Of a stretch of DNA of 41,624 nucleotides, positions 14,401 through 22,041 are shown piece by piece. This DNA comes from Acidobacteriota bacterium (GTDB taxonomy: Bacteria; Acidobacteriota; Vicinamibacteria; Vicinamibacterales; 2-12-FULL-66-21). Under the pieces are notes generated by a model that was not told where the DNA came from, did no database searches, and saw only the letters and a list, made by a program, of their open reading frames with translations. Position 1 is the stretch's first letter, and each line of letters begins with the position of its first letter. The translations under genes were made by a program, and so were the position numbers. The stretch covers positions 1 through 41,624 of the forward strand of contig JBDTOB010000001.1 of the NCBI GenBank assembly GCA_039933435.1, given 5' to 3'.

Positions 14401-17400
14401 CAGTGGGGCTGCTGCCCTGGTTCAACCCGCTGACCCTGGGGCTGGACCCCGGACTGGACCAGACACCGGCCCTCAATGTCCTGGTGCCCGGCCTCGCCAT
14501 GCAGCACATGTCAGGCGGCCCCAACACCGCGCTGCACATTGCCTATCGCCTCGCCGCCCTCGGCGTCCGCGTGCGGCTGATCTCCACAGACGCGCCGATG
14601 TCGGACCCCGAGCTGCTCTGGGGGCATCTCCTGCAGCTCATCGGCACTGACCGGCGGCTGCCCAACATCGAGTTCGCCGACGCGCACGACCGCAATCAGG
14701 TACTGGCCATCGGCCGCAACGATCTCTTCTTCGCGACCGCCTGGTGGACGGCGCAGATGGCCAAGTTCGCCATCGAGTTCACCCGCCACAAGCAGTTCGT
14801 GTACCTGGTCCAGGATTACGAGCCGCTCTTGCACGCCGCGTCGACTTCGCAGGCTCTCGCCGAGGAAACCTACTCGCTCGATTTCATCCCGATCGTCAAT
14901 TCACGCCTGCTCTTCGATTTCCTGACGGTCAACGGCATCGGACGCTTCGCCGAGCAGGAGTTCGCGGACACGGCTCTCGTGTTCGAGCCGGCAGTCGACC
15001 GTTCGCGCTTTTTCGTGGAGCCGGCCTCACCGGACCGGCCGCGCCGGTTGCTCTTCTACGCGCGTCCGACCACGGCGCTGCGCAATCTCTTCGAGTTGGG
15101 CGCGGCGGCGCTCATGGACGCTGCCGCGCGCGGGGTGTTCGACGCCGGGCCGTGGGAGCTGCTGGCCATGGGCGAGCCGATAGCGCCGGTGGCGGTTGGA
15201 CACGGCCTGGTGTTGACGCCGGCGCCGTGGCTGGATTTCGAGGGGTACGCGGCGCAGATGCGCCAGGCGGATGTCCTGCTCTCGCTGATGCTGTCACCGC
15301 ACCCCAGCTATCCACCGCTGGAGATGGCGTCCTGCGGCGGGGTCACCGTCACCACCAGTTTCGGATCCAAGACCGCCGCGCGGCTGGCTGTCATCTCCCC
15401 GAACATCCTCGGGGCGCCCCCGACTGTCGAAGGTGTCGCCGACGCCCTCATCGAGGCGATCGTCCGCAGCCGCACGGCGCGCGCGGATCCGCGCGCCGGA
15501 GCGCTCGACCTGCCGTCGACCTGGGACGAGAGCCTCGCCCCGATTCTGCCGGGCCTGCTGGCGGCGCTGCTCGAAGCCGCCGGGGCGCCCCGCGCCGGCC
15601 GCGTCTGGAACGCGCCGGCGCTGGGAACCAGTGACATCGCGTGTGGCTTCCAAACGTGGCCCGTCACCGCCTACGAACACTTTCGCATCGATCGCATGAG
15701 CCGCCGGCGGAGCGCCGCGCCGTCGGTTCGACCGGATCCGGGGCTGCTCTCGCTGATCACGACGGCCTGGAACACCGAGCCGCGGTTTCTGGAATATCTC
15801 GCCGCCAGCGTGTTTCAGCAGGACGGCGATCCGCCGTTCGAGTGGGTGATTATCGACAACGGCAGCGATCGTGACGACACCCGGCGGTGCCTGAGCGAGA
15901 TCGCGTCCCACCCGGCGGTCCGGTTGCACCGCATCGAGAGCAACGCCGGGATCGCCGGCGGCATGCGGCTGGCCCTGGAACGCGCGAGCGGCCGCTACGT
16001 GCTTCCAGTCGATTCCGACGACTATCTCTACCCCGACTGTTTGCGCCTGGTGGCGGCGGGCTTGGTCTCGGCTGGATTCCCGACGCTGCTCTACACAGAC
16101 GAGGACAAGCTCAGCGACGACGGCTGGCGCGATCCCTACTTCAAGCCCGACTGGGATCCCGTCCTCTTCGCCAATTCGTGTTACATCGCGCACCTCTGCG
16201 CGATCGATCGTGCGACGGCGCTGCACCTCGACTGCTACGCCGATGCCATCGCGGATGGCAGCCATGACTGGGACACGTTCACCCGCTTCACCGTCGCGGG
16301 CCACGCCCCTGTCCATCTGCCGGAAGTCCTCTACGGCTGGCGGATGCATGCCGGATCGACCGCTGCCAACATCGAGGCCAAGTCCTACATCGTCGCCTCG
16401 CAGCGGGGAGTGTTGACGAGGTTCCTGGACTCGCGGCGGGAGGCGGCGCGGTTCACCATCGAGCGCAGCCCGCTGTTTTCCGGCACCCCGGACTGGTGGA
16501 TCCGCAGGCTGCCGGTGGAGCCTCGCCCGATCACGACCGTAATCCTCCAGAAAACAGAGGAGACGGCGGCGGCCGGTGTCGAGATCGACGCCAGGATTCC
16601 ACACGATGTGAGAACGGTCACGGGTGAGGCGGCGCTCGACGAACTGCGAGCCATCGCGCTGGACTGCGCGGCGCGAGCGGGCCTGGTGCATCTGCTCGCC
16701 GATGATGTCGAGAGCGACAACCCGGAGTGGCCGTGGGAAGCCATGGGCATGATCGAGCTGTTCGAGGATACGGTCATGGTGGGCGGACGGATCCACGACG
16801 GCCGGCGGCTACTTTCGAGCGGCTTGCTGTTCGGGTTCGGGTCCGGCTGCGATGCCCCGGACCGTGGCCGCGACCTCAGGGATCCAGGGTATTTCGCGCA
16901 GGCCTTCAAGCCGCATTCGGTCAGCGCGGTGCCCGCCGATCATGCGATCGTCGAGCCCGGCTTCCTGGCTGCCGCGCTCTTCGAACTTCGCGATCTGCCG
17001 ATCTCGATCGCGGCTCTCGGTCCGTGGCTTGGCGCCGCGGCCCGGCGCGCCGGCAGCAGGGTTGCCTACTCGCCCTTCATCAGCGGCCGGGTTCCACGGG
17101 GACGTACGGATGGGTGGGACGAGCGCGAACTCTCCCTGTTTCGATCCGTCAATCATGACCTCATGCCCGAACGGCGGCTGCTCTCTCCGCACTTGGGGCT
17201 CACCCGCGAGACGGCGTTTCTGCCCGTCACGGAAGAACAGCGACGCGACGAGGAGGCGAACGCCGGCGCCTTGCGTCCGGAGTACCGGGAGGGGCTGGCC
17301 GGAACGCTGTGGGCGCGGCGTCGGACCTATGCGCTACCGGCGCGCGTGCCGTCTTTGTCGATCCTGACCACCCTCTACAGCGGAACCGACGCCCCGCTCT

Positions 17401-18836
17401 TCGCTGAAACCGCGGCGTCGCTGCTCAGGCAGACCCTGCCGTTCGGGGAGTGGATTGTGCTCGCCCATGGTCCGGTGTCCGCCGCGCTGGCGGCGGCGCT
17501 CGAGCGTCTGGAAGGGACACCCCGCGTCCGGGTCCTCAGGCTCCCGGAGAATCTCGGCATCATGGGAGGAATGCGCACCTGCCTGCTGGCGGCGGCGGGT
17601 GACTATGTGATTCCAGTCGATGGCGACGACCTGCTAATGGACGATGCGCTGCAGATCGTGGCGAGCGTGGCGGGCAACAGCGATTCCGCGCCGATGCTGA
17701 TCTATTCCGACGAAGACGTCCTGGACAACGGCGGCCCCCGATCTCCTTACATCCGTCCGGACTTCGATCCCGTGCTCAACTTCGATTCGTCCTACATCTG
17801 GCATCTCTGCGCCATCCGCCGCGATGCGGCCCTCGCCGAGGGGCTGTATTCGGATGCGGCGATGGAGTTCTGCCATGACTGGGACAGCGTGACCCGGATT
17901 GCAGCCATCGAACCGCCGTCTCACGTCCCCGAGGTGCTGTATCACTGGCGCCATCACGAGGCCTCGCATACCAATCGCGCGACCCAGCACGTGGGATCGA
18001 TCGATTCCACCCGGCGGCTGCTCGAGCGGCGGGCGTCACAGCTGCCCCATCCATCCCTGTTCGAGGTCGCCGAGTTCCCCGTATTTCGCGGTGCCCGGGA
18101 ATGGTATCTGCGCCGCAAGCCGATCGAGCCGCCGCCGATCGCGGTGATCGTGACCGCCGCACGAGAGCCGGGCCCGGAGCCGATGCACGCGTGGCTGGAG
18201 AGGAGTGCATACCCGTTTGCGGCTGTCTTGTCTGCGGCGAACGCCGCCGAGGAAGCGGCCATCCTGCGGGAGCTCGCCTCAGCCGGCGGGGTCCAATACG
18301 TCGCGGTGGTCGCCGCGGAGATCGAGCCTGGCGGCGACGAGTGGATTTGGGAAGCCATCCGTCTCTTCGAGTGCCATCCCGAAGTGGCGATGTGCGGAGG
18401 GCGCCTGGTCGATCGCACACAGACGGTGGTGCGCAGCTGTGGAGTCCTGGACGAACGCGGCGCACTGATTGAGCCGTTCGCCGGTCTCGCGGCGCTCGAC
18501 CCCGGCCCGTTCGCCCTGGCGCTCAAGCCGCACCTCGTGGCCGCGGTGCCGGAGCCGTTGTATGTGGTCGCAACAGCCAATCTGCCGCTGCCGCTCCCGG
18601 ACGGCCGCCACCCGGATCGGCGCGCCCTGCGGCTGGCGGCAGACGCCTGGTCGAGTGGACGCACGGTGGCTTATACTCCACTCATAGAGGCCCGGATCGG
18701 CGACGCCGCCCGGCTGGCGCCGTCGGGGTCGAGCACGCCGGGCGACCGGATGGCCCTGGCGAGACTGTCGGAGGCGCTTGCGGGCCGGCGTCTGGGCGCC
18801 AGTGGCCTGGTGAGCGTGCAACGGCGGTATCGCTGA
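11418..18836 (+). CDS. Giant (2,472 aa) multidomain glycan assembly protein: SAM-methyltransferase, helical linker, 16 tandem 38-aa repeats, GT-B glycosyltransferase region, two GT2 A-B cassettes
   Basis: One uninterrupted ORF. Domains by aa position:
- ~30-150: MTase (VDILDIGAGPERL, VVIALEVLEHVP)
- 376-977: repeats
- ~1018-1350: GT-B region (NVLVPGLAMQHMSGGPNT.., QDYEPLL, PPLEMASCGGVTVTT)
- ~1443-1960: GT2 cassette (ITTAWNTEPRF, VIIDNGSD, LPVDSDDYL, LYTDEDK..FKPDWDP)
- ~1978-2472: GT2 cassette (ILTTLYSG, IPVDGDDLL, IYSDEDV..IRPDFDP). Confidence 0.85.
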   Translation: MKTEAFQQDIYQRYSVLTRLLVAAFPPPADGTVVDILDIGAGPERLAERFLPPYFHITRADVDTAGDTAIVRLDPGQPLPFERDAFPVVIALEVLEHVPAAGRTALIHECARVASSVVVLSCPVASPLTSRAEEIFQALATRISGTTLAFLDEHKAEGLPDAEAIRAALEQRMPQVFDIANSSLPEWLIYNAIDLAYACDFGDGEEKGRFNSGVNAAAPLSGRGPHYRRFFAGCADQSMGERLSGALRAIPSDGDPLATAVTIAESLTLFREDLLRKHAEGLRLAVKAKDRHIDALDQVIVQLQREGRHDANGDIGGDVGGVAEPAVPVPQAPDRTSVPAKMTTKLRVARSRLRTLRLGIRLSSDIKALVARSRLFDAGYYTNRYPDVAASGIDPLVHYLVVGGAEGRGPNAIFDDVYYASRSPDLQPSGLNPLVHYLTIGAAEGRDPHALFDSAYYVASHPEVTASGLTPLAHYVMHGADLRWDPNPLFWTGFYFDTYPDVVGLGMNPLAHYLQTGAGEGRQPSPLFDVPFYRARNPGVAAQADPLQHYLAAGGAEERDPHPLFDTAYYLARHPEVRQSGHTPLAHYVLHGARLRWDPTPLFWTGFYADAYPDVSSSGMNPLAHYVLSGAVEGRNPNPLFEAAFYRSRNADVVPPHVDPLLHYLAEGAALGRDPHPLFSTRYYLSANPDVEAANLNPLVHYLLHGAGEGRRPNPLFDAAYYGRGLDLPPGANPLVHYLGEGARSGRNPHPLFDAAFYLASHPEAAVDPSGALAHYLSTGAETKWDPHPLFSSEYYLSRNPDVAAAGVNPLVHYVLHGAAEGRSPHPYFDGAYYLACNPDVARDGVNPLVHYLQTGAEEGRKPSALFDTRHYLAENPDVAAASVNPLAHYVLHGRAEGRTPNRLFDPAYYLSTSRAGEPAASDPLRHFIDHGAAEGRNPSAAFDTSFYLRQNPDVAAAGLNALAHYLDHGEEEGRRAAPSAAGVAAELSGRFVPPVGLLPWFNPLTLGLDPGLDQTPALNVLVPGLAMQHMSGGPNTALHIAYRLAALGVRVRLISTDAPMSDPELLWGHLLQLIGTDRRLPNIEFADAHDRNQVLAIGRNDLFFATAWWTAQMAKFAIEFTRHKQFVYLVQDYEPLLHAASTSQALAEETYSLDFIPIVNSRLLFDFLTVNGIGRFAEQEFADTALVFEPAVDRSRFFVEPASPDRPRRLLFYARPTTALRNLFELGAAALMDAAARGVFDAGPWELLAMGEPIAPVAVGHGLVLTPAPWLDFEGYAAQMRQADVLLSLMLSPHPSYPPLEMASCGGVTVTTSFGSKTAARLAVISPNILGAPPTVEGVADALIEAIVRSRTARADPRAGALDLPSTWDESLAPILPGLLAALLEAAGAPRAGRVWNAPALGTSDIACGFQTWPVTAYEHFRIDRMSRRRSAAPSVRPDPGLLSLITTAWNTEPRFLEYLAASVFQQDGDPPFEWVIIDNGSDRDDTRRCLSEIASHPAVRLHRIESNAGIAGGMRLALERASGRYVLPVDSDDYLYPDCLRLVAAGLVSAGFPTLLYTDEDKLSDDGWRDPYFKPDWDPVLFANSCYIAHLCAIDRATALHLDCYADAIADGSHDWDTFTRFTVAGHAPVHLPEVLYGWRMHAGSTAANIEAKSYIVASQRGVLTRFLDSRREAARFTIERSPLFSGTPDWWIRRLPVEPRPITTVILQKTEETAAAGVEIDARIPHDVRTVTGEAALDELRAIALDCAARAGLVHLLADDVESDNPEWPWEAMGMIELFEDTVMVGGRIHDGRRLLSSGLLFGFGSGCDAPDRGRDLRDPGYFAQAFKPHSVSAVPADHAIVEPGFLAAALFELRDLPISIAALGPWLGAAARRAGSRVAYSPFISGRVPRGRTDGWDERELSLFRSVNHDLMPERRLLSPHLGLTRETAFLPVTEEQRRDEEANAGALRPEYREGLAGTLWARRRTYALPARVPSLSILTTLYSGTDAPLFAETAASLLRQTLPFGEWIVLAHGPVSAALAAALERLEGTPRVRVLRLPENLGIMGGMRTCLLAAAGDYVIPVDGDDLLMDDALQIVASVAGNSDSAPMLIYSDEDVLDNGGPRSPYIRPDFDPVLNFDSSYIWHLCAIRRDAALAEGLYSDAAMEFCHDWDSVTRIAAIEPPSHVPEVLYHWRHHEASHTNRATQHVGSIDSTRRLLERRASQLPHPSLFEVAEFPVFRGAREWYLRRKPIEPPPIAVIVTAAREPGPEPMHAWLERSAYPFAAVLSAANAAEEAAILRELASAGGVQYVAVVAAEIEPGGDEWIWEAIRLFECHPEVAMCGGRLVDRTQTVVRSCGVLDERGALIEPFAGLAALDPGPFALALKPHLVAAVPEPLYVVATANLPLPLPDGRHPDRRALRLAADAWSSGRTVAYTPLIEARIGDAARLAPSGSSTPGDRMALARLSEALAGRRLGASGLVSVQRRYR
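12543..14346 (+). repeat. Array of 16 tandem coding repeats (111-114 nt, 37-38 aa) inside the giant gene
   Basis: Consensus: F-D-x-x-(Y/F)-Y-x-x-x-N-P-D-V-A-A-A-G-x-N-P-L-(V/A)-H-Y-(L/V)-x-x-G-A-x-E-G-R-x-P-(H/N)-P-L. Units were counted by hand from FDAGYYTNRYPDV.. to FDTSFYLRQNPDV..HGEEEGRR. Confidence 0.95.
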
Positions 18837-18970
18837 TAGCCGAAGGGGGCCCTTCAGACCTGCCAGCACGAAGCACTCCGACTGAACTGATCCCTGCGGC
18901 CGCTGGACACCACTCAACCCACCGTGTCGAACAGATAGAACCGCTTGCCGGTGCGCCTTCTGCGGCATTC

Positions 18971-19222
18971 TTGATCGGCAGATCAGTGACCGCGAGCGAT
19001 CCCTGGGTCGGCAGCGTGAGGATGAGACCTATTAGGAAGGGAGTTTCAAATCGCGTTGCGGACTTTCTCCCTTACCCCAACGCGCAGCTGATCCGCGGGC
19101 CGGTTTCGGACACTCTGACCAGCGTGCCGATCGAACGGGTCTGCCACCTCTCACTCGACATGAATGTCGTGGCGCCGGAGATTGCGGCGATCCGCTACTT
19201 CCGGGACAAGCTCAGTCCGGTG
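18971..19222 (+). pseudogene. TylF/macrocin-O-methyltransferase-like gene remnant, left part (5'-truncated, interrupted by IS256)
   Basis: The translation ..NAQLIRGPVSDTLTSVPIERVCHLSLDMNVVAPEIAAIRYFRDKLSP| matches the family pattern (v.G.f.dTLp....i..l.lD.dlYe.t...L.y.y.kLspGG). About 120 aa of N-terminal SAM-binding region has no room between 18836 and 18971. Confidence 0.55.
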
Positions 19223-20622
19223 TTAGAGTCCCGGGACGTGGTGGAAATTCGGTAGGGCTCCTTCGCTAGACAAGCGAAGCGGCCATCGCGCATCTTTCCG
19301 TGAGTTCTCTCTGGCGGGGGACGAAACACACGGAGGTGTTGAGACGATGGCCAAACCAAGGATGGATCTGTCGGCGTTCGTTGGCAAGCTCCTCGAGGAG
19401 CAAGACGGGGATGTGCTGCGGGAGGGGATTCGGGTCCTGTCGCAAGCCCTGATGGAAAGCGAGGTGGCCGGGTTGATTGGCGCCGAGCGTCACGAACGGA
19501 CCGGCGACCGGACGGCGTACCGCAACGGGAGCCGGACACGGACGTGGGACACGCGCGTGGGCACGATCGAGTTGGCGATCCCGAAAGTCCGCCCGGGCAC
19601 GTATTTTCCTTCGCTGCTTCAGCCGCGACGCCGCGCGGAACACGCGTTGCTGGCGGTCGTGCAGGAAGCCTACGTGCATGGCGTCTCGACGCGGAAGGTC
19701 GACGATCTCGTGAAAGCGCTCGGTCTCGACGGCATCTCGAAGTCTGATGTCTCACGGATTTGCGGCGACCTCGATCCGATCGTCGCGGCCTTCCGGACCC
19801 GGGCGCTGACGGGCGAGCATCGGTATCTGTGGGTCGACGCGACCTACCACAAGGTTTGCGTCGATGGCCGGGTCATCAGCCAGGCCACCGTCGTGGCGAT
19901 CGGCATCACCAGCGAGGGCGACCGGCAGGTGCTCGGCATCGACGTCGGGCCGTCCGAGGACCGCGCCTTCTGGACGGCGTTCCTGCGCAGCCTGGTGAAG
20001 CGCGCCTGAAGGGTGTCCGCCTGGTGATCTCCGACGCCCATGAGGGACTGAAGGCCGCCATCAGCACCGTGCTGTCAGGGACGACATGGCAGCGCTGTCG
20101 CGTGCATTTCATGCGGAACCTCCTGGCCACGGTCCCCCACGGGGCCCGCGAGGCCATCGTCCGCACCATCTTCGCGCAGCCCGATCATGCCTCGCCGCTT
20201 GTGCAGCTCCGCAAGGTCGCAGACGGGCTCCGCAGCCGATTTGCGCGCGCCGCGGCACTCCTCGAAGAGGCCGCGGAAGACATTCTGGCTTGTCGTCATT
20301 TGCCGTTGGAGCATCAGCGCCAATTACACAGTACGAATCCACTGGAGCGTCTCAACAAGGAAATCAAGCGCCGATCCAACGTCATCGGCATCTTTCCGAA
20401 CTCGGCGGCGGTGATCCGGCTGGTCGGGGCGATCTTGCTCGAGCAGGACGATCAATGGGCCGTCGCTGAACGACGGTACTTCAGCGCGGAGTCGATGAAG
20501 CAGCTTACGACGCCGACGCTGTCCACGACGGCGCAGGAGATTCTAGCGGCGACTGCGTAGGCGAGCCGAACTCACGAATGCGTCTGCCGACTTTCCACCA
20601 CTTGACGGGACACTACCCCCCC
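19219..20622 (+). mobile_element. IS256-family insertion sequence (~1.4 kb)
   Basis: Imperfect terminal inverted repeats. Left (19224-19258): TAGAGTCCCGGGACGTGGTGGAAATTCGGTAGGGC. Reverse complement of 20581-20615: TAGTGTCCCGTCAAGTGGTGGAAAGTCGGCAGACG. 26 of the first 32 positions are identical by hand alignment. Outer boundaries are uncertain by a few nt. The element encloses an IS256-type transposase. Confidence 0.8.
19347..20560 (+). pseudogene. IS256-family transposase, disrupted by a 1-nt frameshift near 20003-20006
   Basis: ORF 19347..20009 ends ..FWTAFLRSLVKRA*. The protein continues in the -1 frame as LKGVRLVISDAHEGLKAAI..WQRCRVHFMRN..TNPLERLNKEIKRR. Intact family members read ..LVKRGLKGV.. 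The sequence cgcgcctgaagg, versus expected cgcggcctgaagg, implies loss of one G. DDE residues lie in WVDATY, VISDAH and NPLERLN. Confidence 0.8.
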
Positions 20623-20624
20623 GG

Positions 20625-20783
20625 GTCGCCCCGATCATCCTCGACGACTACCGCTGGCTCGGCTACGCGCCGCAGAAGGAAGCGATGGACGTCTTCGTCG
20701 CCAGCGTCGGCTGCGAGATCCTGACCCTGCCTAGCGGCCAGGGACTGCTGCTGAAGCCGCCGGGAGGGAAAGCGCTCCTTTAG
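20625..20783 (+). pseudogene. TylF-like methyltransferase remnant, right (C-terminal) part
   Basis: VAPIILDDYRWLGYAPQKEAMDVFVASVGCEILTLPSGQGLLLKPPGGKALL* begins directly after the IS256 right end. The (I/V)(I/L)-DDY motif and C-terminal beta-strands are typical of the TylF/Methyltransf_24 family. Confidence 0.5.
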
Positions 20784-20929
20784 AGGCGACTCGTTGACCG
20801 ACGCGCCATCAACCGCCCCAACCCTGGCACATGAGAAGCCGACGTGTTGAATGCCCGAAGGCTCGCGATGATGTCGCGAGGCGATCGAGATGGGCGCGGA
20901 CGACAATCAGTCTTCGACCGCCGCTCCGC

Positions 20930-21964
20930 CTACTTGCGGACCCACAGCGCCTCGAAAAATTGATCCTGCACGGCGTCAGGACGATTGAAGCGCGGCTGCC
21001 ACGCCGGCCCCATCCGGTAGGCGTCGCGAGCGATGGTGATCTGGTCCAGGGTGTTGGTCGACACCTGCCACTGCTTCAGATAAATCGCCCGCGTCGTCGC
21101 CGTGCCCATCAGCTCGAGGTAATGAGCGATCTGTTCCTGGCGCATCTCCCCCAGGGAACTGATCGACACGAACACCTCGACCAGCTGCGGCGGCAGCAGC
21201 GCCAGCTGGTTCGGGGTGAAGAAGCAGACGTCGGCGGCCGCGATCTCGGCTTCGACGTCCTCAAACCGATCGATATGGCGGAACCGGAACACCCTGCGCC
21301 CGGGCAGCACCGCCGGCAGGTAGTGCTGCGCCACGTGCAGCGCCGGGGGGATGTCGAAGATGAGATACCGGCACGGCAGGGTCTGCAGGAGCACGTACGC
21401 CAGCCGACCATAGCCGGCGCCGAGCTCGGCAATTACCGGGTTGGGCCCCATCCCAGCTTCAGCGACGAGGGTGTTGCGCTCGCGCACCGAGTTGGCCAAA
21501 TCCTGCGAAACGGCGCGGCCGTCGAGAGTGATGCGAATCGGATTCCCCTCCGCCGGTTCCGCGAGCCTGTCGAAGACGCCCTCTGGATCGCGCCGTTTGG
21601 TGAAGGAACAGAGCAGCGCTACGAACAGCGCATAGGTGTCGCGCGTGTCGCGCTCCAGCAGCGGATTGGCGGCGAAGAACCCCTCGAGAAACGGCTCGGG
21701 CTCCATGTCGACACGCAGCGGCGACAGGTCCGGGGCGGCGGCCCAGTCGGCGAGGACGTTGCGGAACTGGTTGTCTGAAAAATCGGTCGGCAGCCAGTTG
21801 AAATAGTTCTGGTTGACCGTTCGCTTGAAGTGCTCGAGCCCGTGCCGCCCGATCTGGTCGAGATTGAGGCGGTTGAAATGCTCCCAGAATGCAGAGGGAC
21901 GATAGACGGCCGGAGCCCGGTCCATCTCGTCGAACATCTCGGCCATGGAATAATCCTGTGGCAC
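20930..21964 (-). CDS. Putative sugar O-methyltransferase-like SAM-dependent methyltransferase
   Basis: GTG at 21964 lies 9 nt after GGGGGAG. 344 aa. N-terminal YRPSAFWEHFN..NYFNWLP region, then glycine-rich SAM motif IAELGAGYGRLAYVL, and IFDIPPAL. The family assignment is from memory of 'putative sugar O-methyltransferase' proteins and is tentative. Confidence 0.6.
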   Translation of the reverse strand: MPQDYSMAEMFDEMDRAPAVYRPSAFWEHFNRLNLDQIGRHGLEHFKRTVNQNYFNWLPTDFSDNQFRNVLADWAAAPDLSPLRVDMEPEPFLEGFFAANPLLERDTRDTYALFVALLCSFTKRRDPEGVFDRLAEPAEGNPIRITLDGRAVSQDLANSVRERNTLVAEAGMGPNPVIAELGAGYGRLAYVLLQTLPCRYLIFDIPPALHVAQHYLPAVLPGRRVFRFRHIDRFEDVEAEIAAADVCFFTPNQLALLPPQLVEVFVSISSLGEMRQEQIAHYLELMGTATTRAIYLKQWQVSTNTLDQITIARDAYRMGPAWQPRFNRPDAVQDQFFEALWVRK

Positions 21965-22041
21965 TTTGTGTCACTCCCCCGAACCAAGAATCACGGCGGG
22001 GTGTGGCGGCGAAACGGCTCCGGCATCGAGTAGCCCAACGC

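Noticed and set aside
11793-16796. Long antisense ORFs inside the giant gene (11793..12953, 13848..14507 and 15294..16796, all minus strand)
   Set aside because: They are stop-free only because of GC-rich codon structure. The plus frame carries the MTase, repeat and GT motifs continuously.
18842-18855. Small hairpin (GAAGG-gggc-CCTTC) after the giant gene as an intrinsic terminator
   Set aside because: The stem is only 5 bp with no U-tract, which is too weak to annotate.
18914-18976. Short minus-strand peptide ..ECRRRRTGKRFYLFDTVG* resembling the '..r.v..fDsFeG' motif of the missing N-terminal half of the TylF-like gene, which would suggest an inverted fragment
   Set aside because: It spans only ~20 codons between stops, and the similarity rests on about six residues. 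That is too weak without a database alignment.
19995-20015. Programmed -1 ribosomal frameshift as the explanation for the split IS256 transposase
   Set aside because: No slippery heptamer of A-AAA-AAG type is present at the junction (aagcgcgcctgaagg), and IS256-family transposases are normally single ORFs. A 1-nt deletion or a sequencing error is more parsimonious.
19205-20635. Canonical 8-9-bp target-site duplication flanking the IS256 element
   Set aside because: Only CCGG is shared by the two flanks near the inferred ends. Either the boundaries are a few nt off or the duplication has decayed, so it is not claimed.
20862-20880. Hairpin CTCGCGA-tgatg-TCGCGAG between the methyltransferase remnant and the O-MTase gene end
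   Set aside because: The stem is 7 bp without a U-tract on either strand. It may be a terminator, but the evidence is insufficient.
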